A DNA stretch of 63,305 nucleotides, filler included, from 9 parts of 9 records of this genome joined end to end with filler, not necessarily neighbours in it, one strand, 5' to 3'. Positions 1-11,685 are shown, counted from the first letter of the whole stretch. Made by a program: numbers and translations. The notes: generated by a model not told the origin, from the sequence alone.

Positions 1-1134
1 AACTAAGCTGCAAAGGGATCGGCCGTACTAAATGAGCTAGTCTCAGCTGCAAATGGATCGGCGGTTATTTGCGCACGCGTACTTGGCTGCACTTGTTGGC
101 TTGAAAAAGCCGCCGCGAAGGGGTCATCGGTCATTTGAGGAGCCGGGTGGCACATTGGTTGATGTTGAGATACTTGGATCTGGGCCAACTGACTTGGGAC
201 CGGCATGTTGCTGGTCTGTTGATCTAGGCTGGGAGCGGCTGGCTGCAAGGCTCGTGTGTTCACTGGCATGCCTGCGTGCGGCCCCATCGCTGGTGGCGCG
301 AAGCTTGTCGGCATCTGTGGCGTCATATCTACTGCCTTCGCATCCCCACCGCTGGGATTGGTTGGGTGCTGGGGAGCTGGTCTAATGTACGAATATTTAG
401 TCTGTAGGGCATTCTCAGCCACAATCGATCAGCTTAGCGGGCACCTGTATGAAGTGGCACAACTCAGCTAAGTCGTCCTTGTCTGGGCCGGCCGCCTCGG
501 CTGCCGGTAGCCGCCCGAGCAGCTGCTGATTGGAGACAGCATTCCCCTTTGCCCTCAGTGCCTTGATGTGCGCCTTGGTGATGATGCTCTGCAGGCAAGC
601 CGATAATCAGTATAGATCCACTACGGACTGCCCCCGGGGGCGGTGTCCTTTGGGATCCTTGTGACGGGTTCACGGACGGGGGAACAGCCAGCCAGCCCGA
701 CAGGGCTCGGGGATGGGGGGCTAGATATGAATTAGAGATGCCTGCTCGCAGGCCAGCCGCAGAGAGCTGGTGCACCGTGGATCGCCTGTGACGACCCGAT
801 TCAATTCACCAAACGACTACGAATCACCGGAGAGCATCCCGTGTATCCCGGCGCACTGCGTGCATAGGAAGATCCCATGCTCCAGATGGACCCACCTGCC
901 GCCCACGCTCAGTCACCGCCCCAGAGCCACGGCCAGCAATCGCAGCCACAGACATCCGGGCTGAAGGAGCACCCACCGGGGCCTCGTGACCGGGCAGTCG
1001 GCGCAGCTCCGGTTGGGCTCCTGGCGAAGGATTTCATCCAGCTCGGCGATCCCGGTCTCGAAGCTGCTGTCAAACGTGAGCGCTGCGTCCACCTGGTCAG
1101 ACACTGCGCTGGCCAGGTCGGAGAGGAAGTCCAT
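1..1134 (-). CDS. ArfGAP-domain protein with DPF motifs (endocytic adaptor-like); spliced, 3' end outside the window
   Basis: ATG at 1134 (MDFLSDLAS). Removing the intron 896-976 gives CADC-PVTRPRWVHLEHGIFL-CTQC (CX2CX16CX2C). Later exons give KGNAVSN and HFIQ|TKY, typical of the ArfGAP C-terminal half, then a low-complexity tail with three DPFAA motifs. Exon structure between about 589 and 830 is uncertain. Confidence 0.8.
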
Positions 1135-1273
1135 CGATTTGGAGAGGGGCCAAGTGGCGAATCGACCACAGATCCACCGCCACTCGATGAGAGAGCCAAC
1201 CCCGGGCAAAATCAGCCGTTGCGGGAAATCCACTTGGAGCAGCAGCAGCGCCTGGCACTGCCTGGGCGGACCC

Positions 1274-4200
1274 ATGGAGCAGTTTGCCCTGGAGGTGGAC
1301 GACTATGTATGGGTGTACACCGATGACGACCACACGAGCTGGCTCACTGGTAAGATCACCGCTGTCCAGGCCGCGGTGGTGGACGTGCGCATCACCCGGC
1401 AAGGCCAGTCGCACGAGGTGCCTGCGAGTCGCTGGGCAGCGCGAGCCCGCTGGGGCGCAGGAAATACGCGTCCCGTGGGATAAGGTGATCAAGTTCCAGC
1501 CGCTCAGCCGCAAAGGCATTCCAGACGCGCTCCAGGCCAGCCCCGAGGAATTCGGTGACCGGGCTCGCTGCCCGGGGCACTCAGCCGAGGCAGGCGAGAT
1601 CTTCATGGTAGAGAGCATGCTCGAGCGCTTCAACACGCGGCTGGCTTCGGTGCCCCACCGACCGTCTATCGCCTGAGCCTAGGCCGCAGATGCGGGCCGG
1701 GCCGTTCTTGGTCCAAATGCGTGGCGACTGTGTCAAAGGGTTGGACAAGGACTGCTCGTATTTCGGGCGCAACGAGAAGCAAGAGGCGGCCCAGCCGACC
1801 CCCGAGAAGATGGCACTGGAGGTGTACCAGCGGTGCATGAGCGAGAATGCTGCCCAGGTACGCCCCACTGGGTGAGGCGGCGGCTGAATTGTGCGTTGGC
1901 AGAACGTAGTGATGGCCGGTATGGGCGGCTCCGGCAAGTCCCACACAGCCAAGCGTGTGCTGCGGACCTTGTGCGAGTGCGGCCGGAAGGGCACCATCGC
2001 CAGCCAAGTTGTCAAGGAAGCGTTTGAAGCAGCTGGTGTGGTGCTCGACGCGTTCTCGAATGCCGCCACACCGCTCAACCCAGACTCCTCCCGGAGCTCC
2101 CGGAGCTATGCATTGTTTTTCGACCAGCAGGGCGCGATTGTGGGCGGGCGAGTCAAGCTGCTGCACCTTGACGTGGGGCGGCTCACCCGGAAGCCTTCAG
2201 GAGAGGGGCCATTCCACATTCTGCTCCAGCTGTGCCACGGTGCCTGGAAATCCGAACGGTGCTGTGCTCCGTGGGGCAGCTGGCTCAGCTCGGGGGGCAG
2301 GGATCAGCTCAAAGTGCGCGCGACAAATGAGTACAAGTTGCTGGACAATTCGCCTCGATCGTCTCGGGCCGTGCAGGAGTTTGCAGAGAAATACAACAGG
2401 ACGCGCGAGGCCATGGGGAAGATCCGGATGTCACAGGACGAGCAATTGCAGTTGATGCAAGTGGTATCGGCTGTGCTAAGCCTGGGCAACGTTTCGTTCA
2501 CCGGAGCCAACTGTGAGCCTTACAGCCAGGAAGCATTTGAACAGACCGCTGAACTGCTCGGAGTGCCAACTGATGCCCTCCTGTCAGCCTTTGCTGAACA
2601 GAAAGTGAGCTACGGCAACCGATCTATGAGCAGCAAGCGGCGTCCAGAGGCGGCTTCAGCACTGGTGCCGATGGTGGTGGAGTTTCTGTATGCAGCAATG
2701 TTTGACTGGGTGATCGAGCGGGTGAACAGCGCGCTGCAGATGTACACCCAGCCTCACAATATGATCAACGTGATTGATCCGTGTGGGTTCGAGCGTTCAG
2801 GCAACAACTCGTTTGATCAGCTGTGTATCAACTACATCGACGAGAAATTTAAGAGCATTCTCACCCGTAGGCTGTTTTGCCTGGACAATGGGGCTTCGAA
2901 CGAGTCTCTGGAGCAGGAGCAGTTGCTCATGTATTTGGAAGGCTCAAAGAAGACCAAGGCCCAGGTAGAGCAGGACCTGCTTCCAGACCAAAACACGATC
3001 AAGATATTCGAGGGGAGCAATGGATTGATAGAGATCTATGAGGCAGAATCCAAGGCGCCAAATGGTTCCAGCGCAACTGTGCAAAGGCAAATGTACTCAG
3101 GGGTGATGAAGGCTCCAGAGTTGGTACTCCCAGTGGATTCAGCGAAGGAACCCACAGGGCTGTATGCAATCAAGCATTCGATGGGGGCGGTCACGTACCA
3201 TGAAGCTGACGCGTTGGCACCCAACATGCGAACCGTCCCAGCGTCAATACGGACCATTTTCAATGATTCATCAGTGCCCGCAATCACAAAGATTGTACAG
3301 ATCGGTTCTGAAGAGCTGCACAACGGCACAATGACAGTGCTACATAGCCTGCAGGCTCGTGTGATCGAGTGGCACCAAAACCTGGACCTAATGATCTCGG
3401 CAGACCACACAGATTACCTCCAAGTTGTCTGCTGTGTCCGGCCTAATCTGACACCTAAGGCGGACTCTTTTGACCAAAGCGCAGTGCTCAAGCAGCTGAG
3501 GGCCTGGTCGGTTTGCCAGGCAGTTCATTTCCGGCAGATCTTCGCTGAGAACGTGATAGTCGCGCCTCCATTCACCACCAAGTGGACTGCATTAGATTCA
3601 AAGATGGCGGCTGAAGCCAAGCAGTCTGCGATGGTGGCTGCATTCTCGACTGGAGAGCTGGCAGATCCCAACAGTGTAATGAAGTCATCTCAACAAAACA
3701 TCCTCAAATGGCTGAACAATGTGGACCAGACCAGAGCCGCACTCAAGATCCAGAGTGCCTACAGACGATGGGTGGTTCGCCTCAAGTACCGGCGTCTCGG
3801 ATCACTGTTTGAACGGATTCAGACCGAGGTACGGCGGGTCATCATCCTCAGTCGATACGGTAACGATCTGAGGCATGACACGTTGATGCGCAAACACGAG
3901 GAGCTTAAGAGAGACATTGCAGAGAAGCAGCTCAAACGGACAGTAAGCTCTGTTGCCGCCCCTACTGACCAGCCGCTCACTGAAGCCGAATTGTACCAGC
4001 AGAAGATACAGGATATCATTGCGAGGACCAAACAAGCCAAGGAACAGGGCCTATTCTTATCCTCGCAGAAGAAGACACCAGAAGCAAATCGTAACGCGCT
4101 GACTCTCGCTGAGAAAACTGCAGAGCTGCTCGATGACGGTAATGTTGACAAAGAGCTGAATAGAGTTTTGTACGACGATGATGAGGAAGATGTGTATGCG

Positions 4201-4569
4201 GAACAAAATCATTCCGAGGAGTTCCTTCAGGAGCAACCTTTCTCAGGCTCTCAGATGCTCAAGCATCACATATTGCAGAGCATTGCACATGACGAAGAGC
4301 TCGAATTCGCAGGGTGTGATCCCCTGCACAAGTCGCTCCCCAGGTTTGAGCGCAAGGGTTACTACTTGCAGCCTGATCAGATCCCACCACCACCGGCTAT
4401 TGGCGTTAACTGTCCCACATCAGTGGTACCCACGGATCTGTTCATGTGTGTCGAGAAGTTTGCAGAAAACCACGAGGGTGAAAATTGGGAGCCGATTGCC
4501 CCAAGACCCAAAAACTCGCCGTGCCGTCCGGCTCCAAATGACGAGCTGCCACCACCACCCCAGCCTACC
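1274..4569 (+). CDS. Divergent myosin heavy chain (SH3-like N-terminus, motor, IQ, tail); spliced, 3' truncated by contig end
   Basis: ATG 1274. GT-AG introns at 1418-1460, 1650-1689 and 1858-1902, plus probable in-frame ones. P-loop GMGGSGKS, switch I NPDSSRS, switch II DPCGFE, NSFDQLCINY, CVRPN, IQ motif IQSAYRRW. Confidence 0.88.
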
Positions 4570-4669
4570 NNNNNNNNNNNNNNNNNNNNNNNNNNNNNNN
4601 NNNNNNNNNNNNNTTAATTAATTAANNNNNNNNNNNNNNNNNNNNNNNNNNNNNNNNNNNNNNNNNNNN
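4570..4669. other. Artificial contig spacer
   Basis: N run + TTAATTAATTAA (stops in all six frames) + N run, exactly 100 bp; the same spacer occurs eight times. Confidence 0.97.
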
Positions 4670-6424
4670 AGTACATCTTACCCGAATTCAGCTTGCCGCA
4701 CCAGTCAGCCAGCCACTCAGCCAGTGCTCACACCGGGAGCCGCAGCGAGTGGCAGCCGTAGTAGTGAATTAAGGTCCCGCGATTGGCAAGCACATGCTCG
4801 AGGTAATTATCGGCGATTCGCACCAGCGCGTCCTTCTCGCCGAGCGATATAGTCTTGACGATGTATTCCTTGTTCTTAGTAAAGTAGAAGAACGATCCTG
4901 CCGCTAGTCCGGCCCGGCCGGCATGGGGACCCACCCGAGGCTCCGTCGCTGCCAACCTCGTGCCCCTGGAAAGCGTTGGTGTGCCGCACTGCCCTTACAG
5001 CCTCCACCTGCGGCACCCGGGTTTGCTACCAGCCGCCCCGTCAGTCGCCTGGAACTGCTTTAATAGCCCGGCCAGGTCGTTGAATGCGTTGAGGTAGTGC
5101 TCGGCGTCCACACCAAGCGCCGCTCGAATCTTGTGGAACACGCCCGGCCTGTAGTCAAAGAACTCCAAGTTGACGTCTGGTCGGTGGCTCCAACTCCGGG
5201 TGGTGCTCTCGGGCATCTGCATCACTGGCCTGAACCCGCCCGTGGTCGATGTGTGTGCCGCCACATCGCCCTGCCGACAGCTCGCCCGCAGCCGGACTGG
5301 GGCTTGCCTTGATCGCATCTGGCATCTGGCCTGAGGCAAAGACTCCGGCCCATTCATCGCGCGCGCAGTGGGTGATCCCGGCGGCGGTCATCTCGACCAG
5401 GTCTTGCCGGAGCAGGTGCGTCACGTGGCTTGTGTCATCCTCGAACTCAATCTCAAGTGAAGCGAGCAGCGACTCGTTAGTCCTACTCGATATGCTATCA
5501 AACATCGGGCCGGCTCGCTCGGCCGGTGCAAGCAGGGGCTCGGCCAGACCGACGATCGACTCCGGGTCTCTGCACCGGGGGTGAGCGGCCGGGGGGGACC
5601 GTGAGCCCACCGAGTCTTTAGCTGGAGCTGGCAGATAATTAAAAAGATCACAAACCCAACCGTGCCTCGCAGCCCAAGGATCTGGCGCAGCTCAGCGCGC
5701 CCAGCGGCCGGGGCACCGTGGTGTGGAGCGTGAACGAGCCCCGCCCGCCTGCGTAACGGACAGTGACGAGCACGATCAGCGTGATCAGCCAGTACGCGAG
5801 GTACCCGATTAGGTAACGCCGTGTCTGCCGGATCTCCCTAATCTCGCCCAGCTGCACTCGAATCCCGAGCGTGGTTACTTCGTTCAGCCGGCGCGTGATC
5901 AGGTACCACAGTACCAGCGCCAGCAGCATGATCGACCCGAACGGTATATAGTACAAAGTCCAGTCCTGCTTCCCGGCCGCCACCGACTGCCGCAGCACCC
6001 AGCACACACTCTCACTGTCGCCCTGCAGGTCCTGGTAATACGCCGGGAGCACTGACATCAGCGTGGCGGTGGCCCAGACCGCCAAGGTCAGCTTGCGCTC
6101 GTGCCGGCGGGGGTCAAACGGATTCCGGACCAGAAAGAGCATCTCGAACACTGTGGCGATCACCCACAGGTTGGAGCCGGCCCACCAGAATTGGAGCAGC
6201 CAGGAGACGAATCCGCAGCTGGTCCGCTCCATCTCGACGGCATACAGCACGCAGCCAGTAAGCGAGTATGCCAGGTCACAGCACGTGCGGTAGAAGACGA
6301 GCATTCCCGGGCGCGAGTGTCGGCCGAGTCGGGGGACGCGGATGTACAACCAGATGTTGAGCGAGCACAGCCCCGCCGAGAGCCCCGCGCATACCGAGAA
6401 GGCTAGCGCAGACGCCGCTATCAT
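4670..6424 (-). CDS. GPCR-PIPK fusion (7TM receptor + phosphatidylinositol phosphate kinase); spliced, 3' truncated
   Basis: N-terminal multi-TM region (CGFVSWLLQF, VRNPF, CWV). Linker LR-QDLVEMTAA-GI matches LR(x)9GI. PIPK motifs FFDYRPGVFHKIR and GASGSFFYFTKNKEYIVKTIS. Inferred introns 5682-5716, 5570-5610, 5271-5307 (GC-AG), 5008-5048 (GC-AG), 4898-4934, 4692-4733. Confidence 0.88.
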
Positions 6425-6807
6425 CCCGGCTTGTTCCTCAGTCGTGCGGCTCGGTCAGCTGTGCAGGGTGCGACGACGAGTTCGGTTGGAAATCGTCGCG
6501 TGTTGGAACGGTTGGAACGAGAGGGCTGGCTCCAGGCCTACATGAGTATTGTCAAGCCCTCATACCTAGGGTGCAATACAGACTCTTGATTGACTGATTG
6601 AGGAGCATGAAGGCGTTTAATGAAGACGTAAGAAGAATAAATACTTTCATAGTAATTATTAGCACCGTATGTACAATCGCCAGTGTGTGAGCCTGGCTTG
6701 CAGTGGCTTCTGACTTTGCGTCAATGATATGACATTTTCTTCGACTTTAAACACTAATGAAATCTGCGCATACAACCGGTTTTGCGCCATATGCCCATGA
6801 GCCTCGG

Positions 6808-8718
6808 CTAGGTGCGGATCAACTGCTTCTCCACCAGTTTGGAATATGCGACTGAGGCCAACAGTAGCTCATTGTGCGTGCCAGTGGCCTCCACGCGCCC
6901 GGCTGCAACGTAGGCCACACAGTGCGCATCCTGTACAGTCGCCAGCCGGTGTGCAATCACCAGCACAGTCCGACCGTGCACGCACCGAGTGAGTGCTTGT
7001 TGCACCAGTGACTCGCTCTCAGAGTCCAGAGCTGAGGTTGCCTCGTCCAGCAGCAGCAAACTCGGATCCCTCACCAGAGCACGTGCGATCGCGACCCGCT
7101 GCTTTTGGCCGCCGGACAGACAAATCCCGCGCTCTCCGACCAACGTATCGTATCCGTGCTCGAATGCTTGGATGAACTGGTGAGCGTTGGCCATTTCGGC
7201 CGCCTGAATCATCTTGGCCTCCGAGCCGTGCTCGCACGCGTACAGGATGTTCTCGCGAATCGTCCCCGAGAAGAGCACAGGCTCCTGGCTGACGGTGGCC
7301 ATCTTGCAGTGCAGCTGGCGCAGATCCATTGGCTGCAAATCCGCCCCGTCAAGCGTGATCTGCCCAGCTGTCGGCGCATACAGCCGGGTGAGCAGGCTGG
7401 CAACAGTCGACTTGCCGCCACCGGAAGGCCCAACCAGAGCGGTCACCGCCCCTGCGGCCAGCCGGAGTGTGAACTGCTGCAGAACCGGCTGCCCGGGTCG
7501 GCTGGGATATGCGAAGTCAACCTGCTTGAAGTCGATCTCGCACTGGAGCGAAGCGACGGGTTCGCCGGAGTCTACACAGCTCGCCGGGAGACTGTCAATT
7601 ATACCAAAGATGCGTTCGGCCGCCCCTGCCACGCGCATGAGTGAAGTCCCGACCCCGGTGAGCTGGCCGACTGCCCCGGTGATGGTAAAGGTATAGAGGA
7701 TGAACGAAGTCAGAGTGCCCGCAGAGATTTCGCCATCAATCACTTGACAGACGCCATAAGCTAGCACTGCGAGCGTGCCAGCCCCAAACAGTAGGCCCAT
7801 ACCCGACCCAAACGCCGAGCTCACCAGCGCGCTGCGCTTCATCAGCGAGAGCGAGGCATCCAGCGCCGCCTGGTACAGCGCCGCGTGGTGCGCCTCTGCA
7901 GAGAACGTCCTCACTGTGCGGATATTAGATATAGCCTCCTCAGCCTCGGCTGTGGACTCTGCCACTGTCTTCTGAATCTGCTTCTGCAGTTCACGGATCC
8001 TGCTCCCGAAGAACACGGCCATCCCGGCGGCCACCGGCATGGTCCCCAGCATCACCAAGGTCAGCCTCCACGACATCCAAAGCAGGTAGCACACGCCCCC
8101 AGTCAGCACCACCACAGACTTGAGCGCCTGCGAGATGTCGCTTGTCAGCGCCATCCGGAGCAAGGTGACGTCGCTCGACAGCCGCGAGGTGAGCTCGCCC
8201 GTGTGCGTCTGGTCAAAGAACCCAACCGGCTGGTGCATGATCGCCCCAAACAGCCGCCGCCGGACCGAGCAGACCAGAGAGGCCCCCGCTGACCCAAAGG
8301 CGAAGCCCTGGACCAGCCCGAACACGGCCCCGGCCAGCGTGAGCCCGGCGATCTGGATCCCTATCCGCCTGAACTCGGCCCGTCGGGCGCTGCTGTCGGC
8401 ATCGGAGTTGCTGATCACACCATCCATCGTGGCACCAAACAGCGCGGGGAGCCCGAGCATGGCCGCAGAGGAGGCAAACAGGCAGAACGTCCCGAGGGCC
8501 ATCAGCCGCCACTCGCTGAGCCCCTCCCGCAGCAGCCGGCTCAGCGAGAGCTTAGCCTCGGCCGTGCTGCTGGCCGCCGGCCGAGAACGGGCGCCGCCGG
8601 AGGAGCGCTCGAACTTGTCGGAGGCCCGGAGCGGCTCGGACCGCTGGGGCTCGATGCTGATGGCCACCTCGGGCTGGCTCACCAACCGCTGTTGCTCGTC
8701 CTCCTGGCTTGGCGACAT
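6808..8718 (-). CDS. ABC transporter B-family half transporter (TAP/MDL-like), intronless
   Basis: 636-aa ORF with TMD (FFDQTHTGELTSRL), Walker A GPSGGGKST, Q-loop VSQEP, signature LSGGQKQR, Walker B LLLDEATSALD, H-loop IAHRL. Confidence 0.93.
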   Translation of the reverse strand: MSPSQEDEQQRLVSQPEVAISIEPQRSEPLRASDKFERSSGGARSRPAASSTAEAKLSLSRLLREGLSEWRLMALGTFCLFASSAAMLGLPALFGATMDGVISNSDADSSARRAEFRRIGIQIAGLTLAGAVFGLVQGFAFGSAGASLVCSVRRRLFGAIMHQPVGFFDQTHTGELTSRLSSDVTLLRMALTSDISQALKSVVVLTGGVCYLLWMSWRLTLVMLGTMPVAAGMAVFFGSRIRELQKQIQKTVAESTAEAEEAISNIRTVRTFSAEAHHAALYQAALDASLSLMKRSALVSSAFGSGMGLLFGAGTLAVLAYGVCQVIDGEISAGTLTSFILYTFTITGAVGQLTGVGTSLMRVAGAAERIFGIIDSLPASCVDSGEPVASLQCEIDFKQVDFAYPSRPGQPVLQQFTLRLAAGAVTALVGPSGGGKSTVASLLTRLYAPTAGQITLDGADLQPMDLRQLHCKMATVSQEPVLFSGTIRENILYACEHGSEAKMIQAAEMANAHQFIQAFEHGYDTLVGERGICLSGGQKQRVAIARALVRDPSLLLLDEATSALDSESESLVQQALTRCVHGRTVLVIAHRLATVQDAHCVAYVAAGRVEATGTHNELLLASVAYSKLVEKQLIRT

Positions 8719-8878
8719 GTCGATCAGAGGAAGAGCGCCTTATGGTTCCCGCGCTGTTTGGAAATACTTATTTCCTCAAGCCGTCAACCTCTCCGGACAG
8801 CTACTTGCGGACGCCAGACGAATTGTTCAATCGCTTTATGTGTACGTTTAGTTACCCTGATGGGTATAATTAGCTCAA

Positions 8879-9302
8879 TTAATGCTTAGCGCCTCTCGGT
8901 ATACTGTCGCCTCTACTGTACAGTATCGCTATTGTAAGCAGGCTTACAAAAAGAGAAAGGGTAGTACGAGCTCCTGGTTCATTTCTGCTAGAAGCGCTTT
9001 AGCCCCTGTGACCCTGTACACATGGCTAGCTCAATAATAGCCATGTCAGATGCAGCAGGGTCTGCGCGCTTGTCACCTGCACTGCACAGCTGCTGTCTCA
9101 TCGAAAACTCTTTGCGCTTCTTTCTGAGTGTCCATTATCTGCCGAAGTTTGCTGTCCCACCACTACAGGCCAAGACAGAGGGGGTGCCAAGCAGGGACCT
9201 GAAAGACGGGGACAAGTCCTGCTCTTGGGACGCTGGCAGTTCTTTGGCGGGCACTTCTGCTCCAGCCGGGTTCCGGTCAGTCTCTCCCTCCGTCTGCCAC
9301 AT
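8879..9302 (-). CDS. Possible small spliced coiled-coil gene (weak KxDL/BORC-like appearance)
   Basis: ATG 9302. Splicing GT-AG-bounded segments yields MWQTEGETDR...FSKLRQIMDTQKEAQRVFDE...KALLAEMNQEL, followed by AT-rich sequence like other 3' ends. Exon structure is not unique. Confidence 0.3.
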
Positions 9303-9386
9303 GTCCAGTTTTGCCCGGAAGCCCCTGCTGCTGGCGGGGTCTTAACGGTCGTACCGGCCACCGTCGGATTCGCGGACGCGGTCCGA

Positions 9387-10205
9387 ATGGGCGGGGGCTC
9401 TGAATCTGGGCTGGAAGAGTACAAGGCCGAGGGATTCTGGTTCTTCCTGGACCTGGCTCGGGGGGCTGAGCTGCTCTGGCTGCTGAGCTTCGCCGGGCTG
9501 CTGGTGCAGCTGCTCCGACGGCGCCCAGCCGACAGCCTGTCCCTGGAGACCCTCCAGCTGTACACAGTGGTGCACATCGCCAAGTGGCGGCTGCCCCAGC
9601 TGTGGCGGTTCCACGAGGCTGGATTCCTCGACGGGCCGGCCGCGCTGGCCGCCTCTGGTTGCAGCCTGGTCGCGGTGTGGCTCCACGGGCAGCAGCCCAG
9701 CCTCGGCTGGATGCTCGCGAGGAGGCTGTGCCCAGAATCGGCCCGACTGCAGCGGGCACTGGGCCTGCTGCTATTCCCCGGCGCCGTCGTGGCCGTCTGT
9801 GGCATTGTAGCACATTGGTTACAGCCGGCGGCGCTGATCGATTCGGACAGAAACGCCGGGGTGTGGCCTTTCGGGGCAGACATGCTTCAGATGTTCGACG
9901 CGGTCGCAGTGCTCCCGCAGTTTGTGAAATTCAGGCTAGAGGCGGGAGGCAGTCAGCAGCTCAGAGTCCAACCGGTAGTGGCTCACTGGCTCGGGGCTGT
10001 GGCGTTAGCGAGGACACTTGCTATGCTCTCGGGCCTGCTGAACGTCGGGACAACATACGCGGAAGAGCGGAGGCTCGGCAGCGAAGTGTGGATTGAGTTG
10101 TTCTACTCTGCTTGCAGCTGTCTTAATCTAATAGCGATGTCCGAGTATATCTGGTACTACTGTAGAGCACAATACTTAGCAACTCCGGTGGTACTCCCTT
10201 TGTGA
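9387..10205 (+). CDS. ERD2/KDEL-receptor-related membrane protein
   Basis: First ATG in the frame is at 9387. Multi-TM protein with SLSLETLQLY, DAVAVLPQF and VAHWLGAVALAR, resembling ERD2 motifs (GISxKTQxLY, ESVAILPQL, TxHYxFALGxYR). Confidence 0.65.
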   Translation: MGGGSESGLEEYKAEGFWFFLDLARGAELLWLLSFAGLLVQLLRRRPADSLSLETLQLYTVVHIAKWRLPQLWRFHEAGFLDGPAALAASGCSLVAVWLHGQQPSLGWMLARRLCPESARLQRALGLLLFPGAVVAVCGIVAHWLQPAALIDSDRNAGVWPFGADMLQMFDAVAVLPQFVKFRLEAGGSQQLRVQPVVAHWLGAVALARTLAMLSGLLNVGTTYAEERRLGSEVWIELFYSACSCLNLIAMSEYIWYYCRAQYLATPVVLPL

Positions 10206-10241
10206 CTTGTACGTAAATAAGTATGATCGAGACTTTATTCA

Positions 10242-10466
10242 TCAAAAGAAGGCTCGTACTCTACGCTCTATAGTTGTTCTACAAGTAGGGCACTCCGAAA
10301 GCCGGTCGGCGCACTGAGTGGTAATGTAGAGGTGTCCCTTGAGGCGGCCCCAGCCTTGGTCGTGCCACACGAAACACAGCTCAGACCGGCCGGTCAGCTC
10401 GACCAGGCACCACGGCCGGATCTGTCCCGACTGGTCGTCTGTCGCGTGCAGCTCCGACAGCTGCAT
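10242..10466 (-). pseudogene. Short ORF ending in a half RING finger; possible gene fragment
   Basis: 74 aa. C-terminus GHLYITTQCADRLSECPTCRTTIERRVRAF matches the second half of a C3HC4 RING, but the N-terminal zinc ligands are missing. Confidence 0.35.
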
Positions 10467-10560
10467 CTGTACCAGGTACAGCAGGCGGCGCTAGGTGTTC
10501 TGCCTGGTGTTCTGGTGGCAACGGATAAAAAAAAACGGATCAACCCGTGCACGCTCCAAG

Positions 10561-11685
10561 ATGCGCGAGAAGAAGGCCGATTCGGAGGCTGGCGAGCCGG
10601 GTGTCAGCCTTCTGAGAGCCTCCGTCCGCGGGGAGCTCGGCACGGTGGCGGGGCTGCTACAGGCCAAGGCGGAGGTAAACTGGGCGGATCAGGGTGGCAC
10701 CACGCCGCTCTTCATGGCGAGCCAGGAGTGCCGCACGGAGGTGGTGGGATTGCTGCTGGAGGCTAAGGCGGAGGTAAATCAGATAGACCAGACTGGTGTC
10801 ACGCCGCTCCTTGTGGCGAGCCTGGAGGGCCACAAAGAGGTGGTGGACGTACTGCTGGAGGCTAAGGCGGAGATCAACCAGGCCGATCATGATCGCCACA
10901 CCGCGCTATACGCCGCCAGCCAGGAGGGCCGCAGAGAGGTCGTGCGGTTGCTACTCAGGTCAAAGGCGGAGGTCAACAAGGCAGATGAGGATGGCTCGAC
11001 CCCGCTGAACGCCGCGAGCGAGAGGGGCTTCCAAGAGGTGGTGATCGCGCTGCTCGGAGCGAAGGCTGCGGTGAACCAGGCGCAGGAGACTGGTGCCACG
11101 CCGCTGTTCCTGGCGAGCCAGGAGGGCCATGTGGAGGTAGCGAGGTTGCTGCTGCAGGCAAAGGCTGAGGCGAACCAGGCCGAGCAGCATGGCGCCACGC
11201 CGCTTTTCATAGCGAGCCAAGAGGGCCACAAAGAGGTTGTAGCTGCGCTGCTGCAGGCAAATGCGCAGGTGGACCACACAGACCAGGAACCTGGGCCCCT
11301 GTTGGCTGCGAGCCAGGGTGGCCATCAGGAGGCTGTCAAGTTGCTGCTGGAGGCCAGGGCAGAGGTCAACCAGGCGGGCCAGACTGGGATCACGCCACTG
11401 CACAATGCGAGCGTGTACGGCCAGGCCAAGGTGATTATGCTGCTCCTGGAGGCGAAGGCCGAAGTGAATCGAGCGAGCCAGGCGCAAGTAACGCCGCTTC
11501 ACGGGGCTGCCTTCTCTGGTCAGCCCAAGGCTGCCCGGCTTCTGCTCCAGCACCACGCTGACAGCAGTCTGGGAGACTATAACGACGACACGGCCCTAGA
11601 CGTGGCCTTGCTGCAGGGCGCGCAGGGTACAGTTGAGCTGCTGCAGCGGTGGGAGGACATGCCTCTGGAGCAGCGGCAGGTGGTG
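10561..11685 (+). CDS. Ankyrin repeat protein, 3' truncated
   Basis: About ten 33-aa repeats of the form GxTPLxxASQEGHxEVVxxLLxAKAEVN. Confidence 0.92.

Noticed and set aside
9140-9345. Hairpin-rich segment as RNase P/MRP or SRP RNA
   Set aside because: No convincing conserved boxes. It is better explained as exons and an intron of a small minus-strand gene.
10600-11620. Approximately 99-bp periodic repeats as a CRISPR or satellite array
   Set aside because: They are ankyrin repeat codons. There are no spacers or cas genes.
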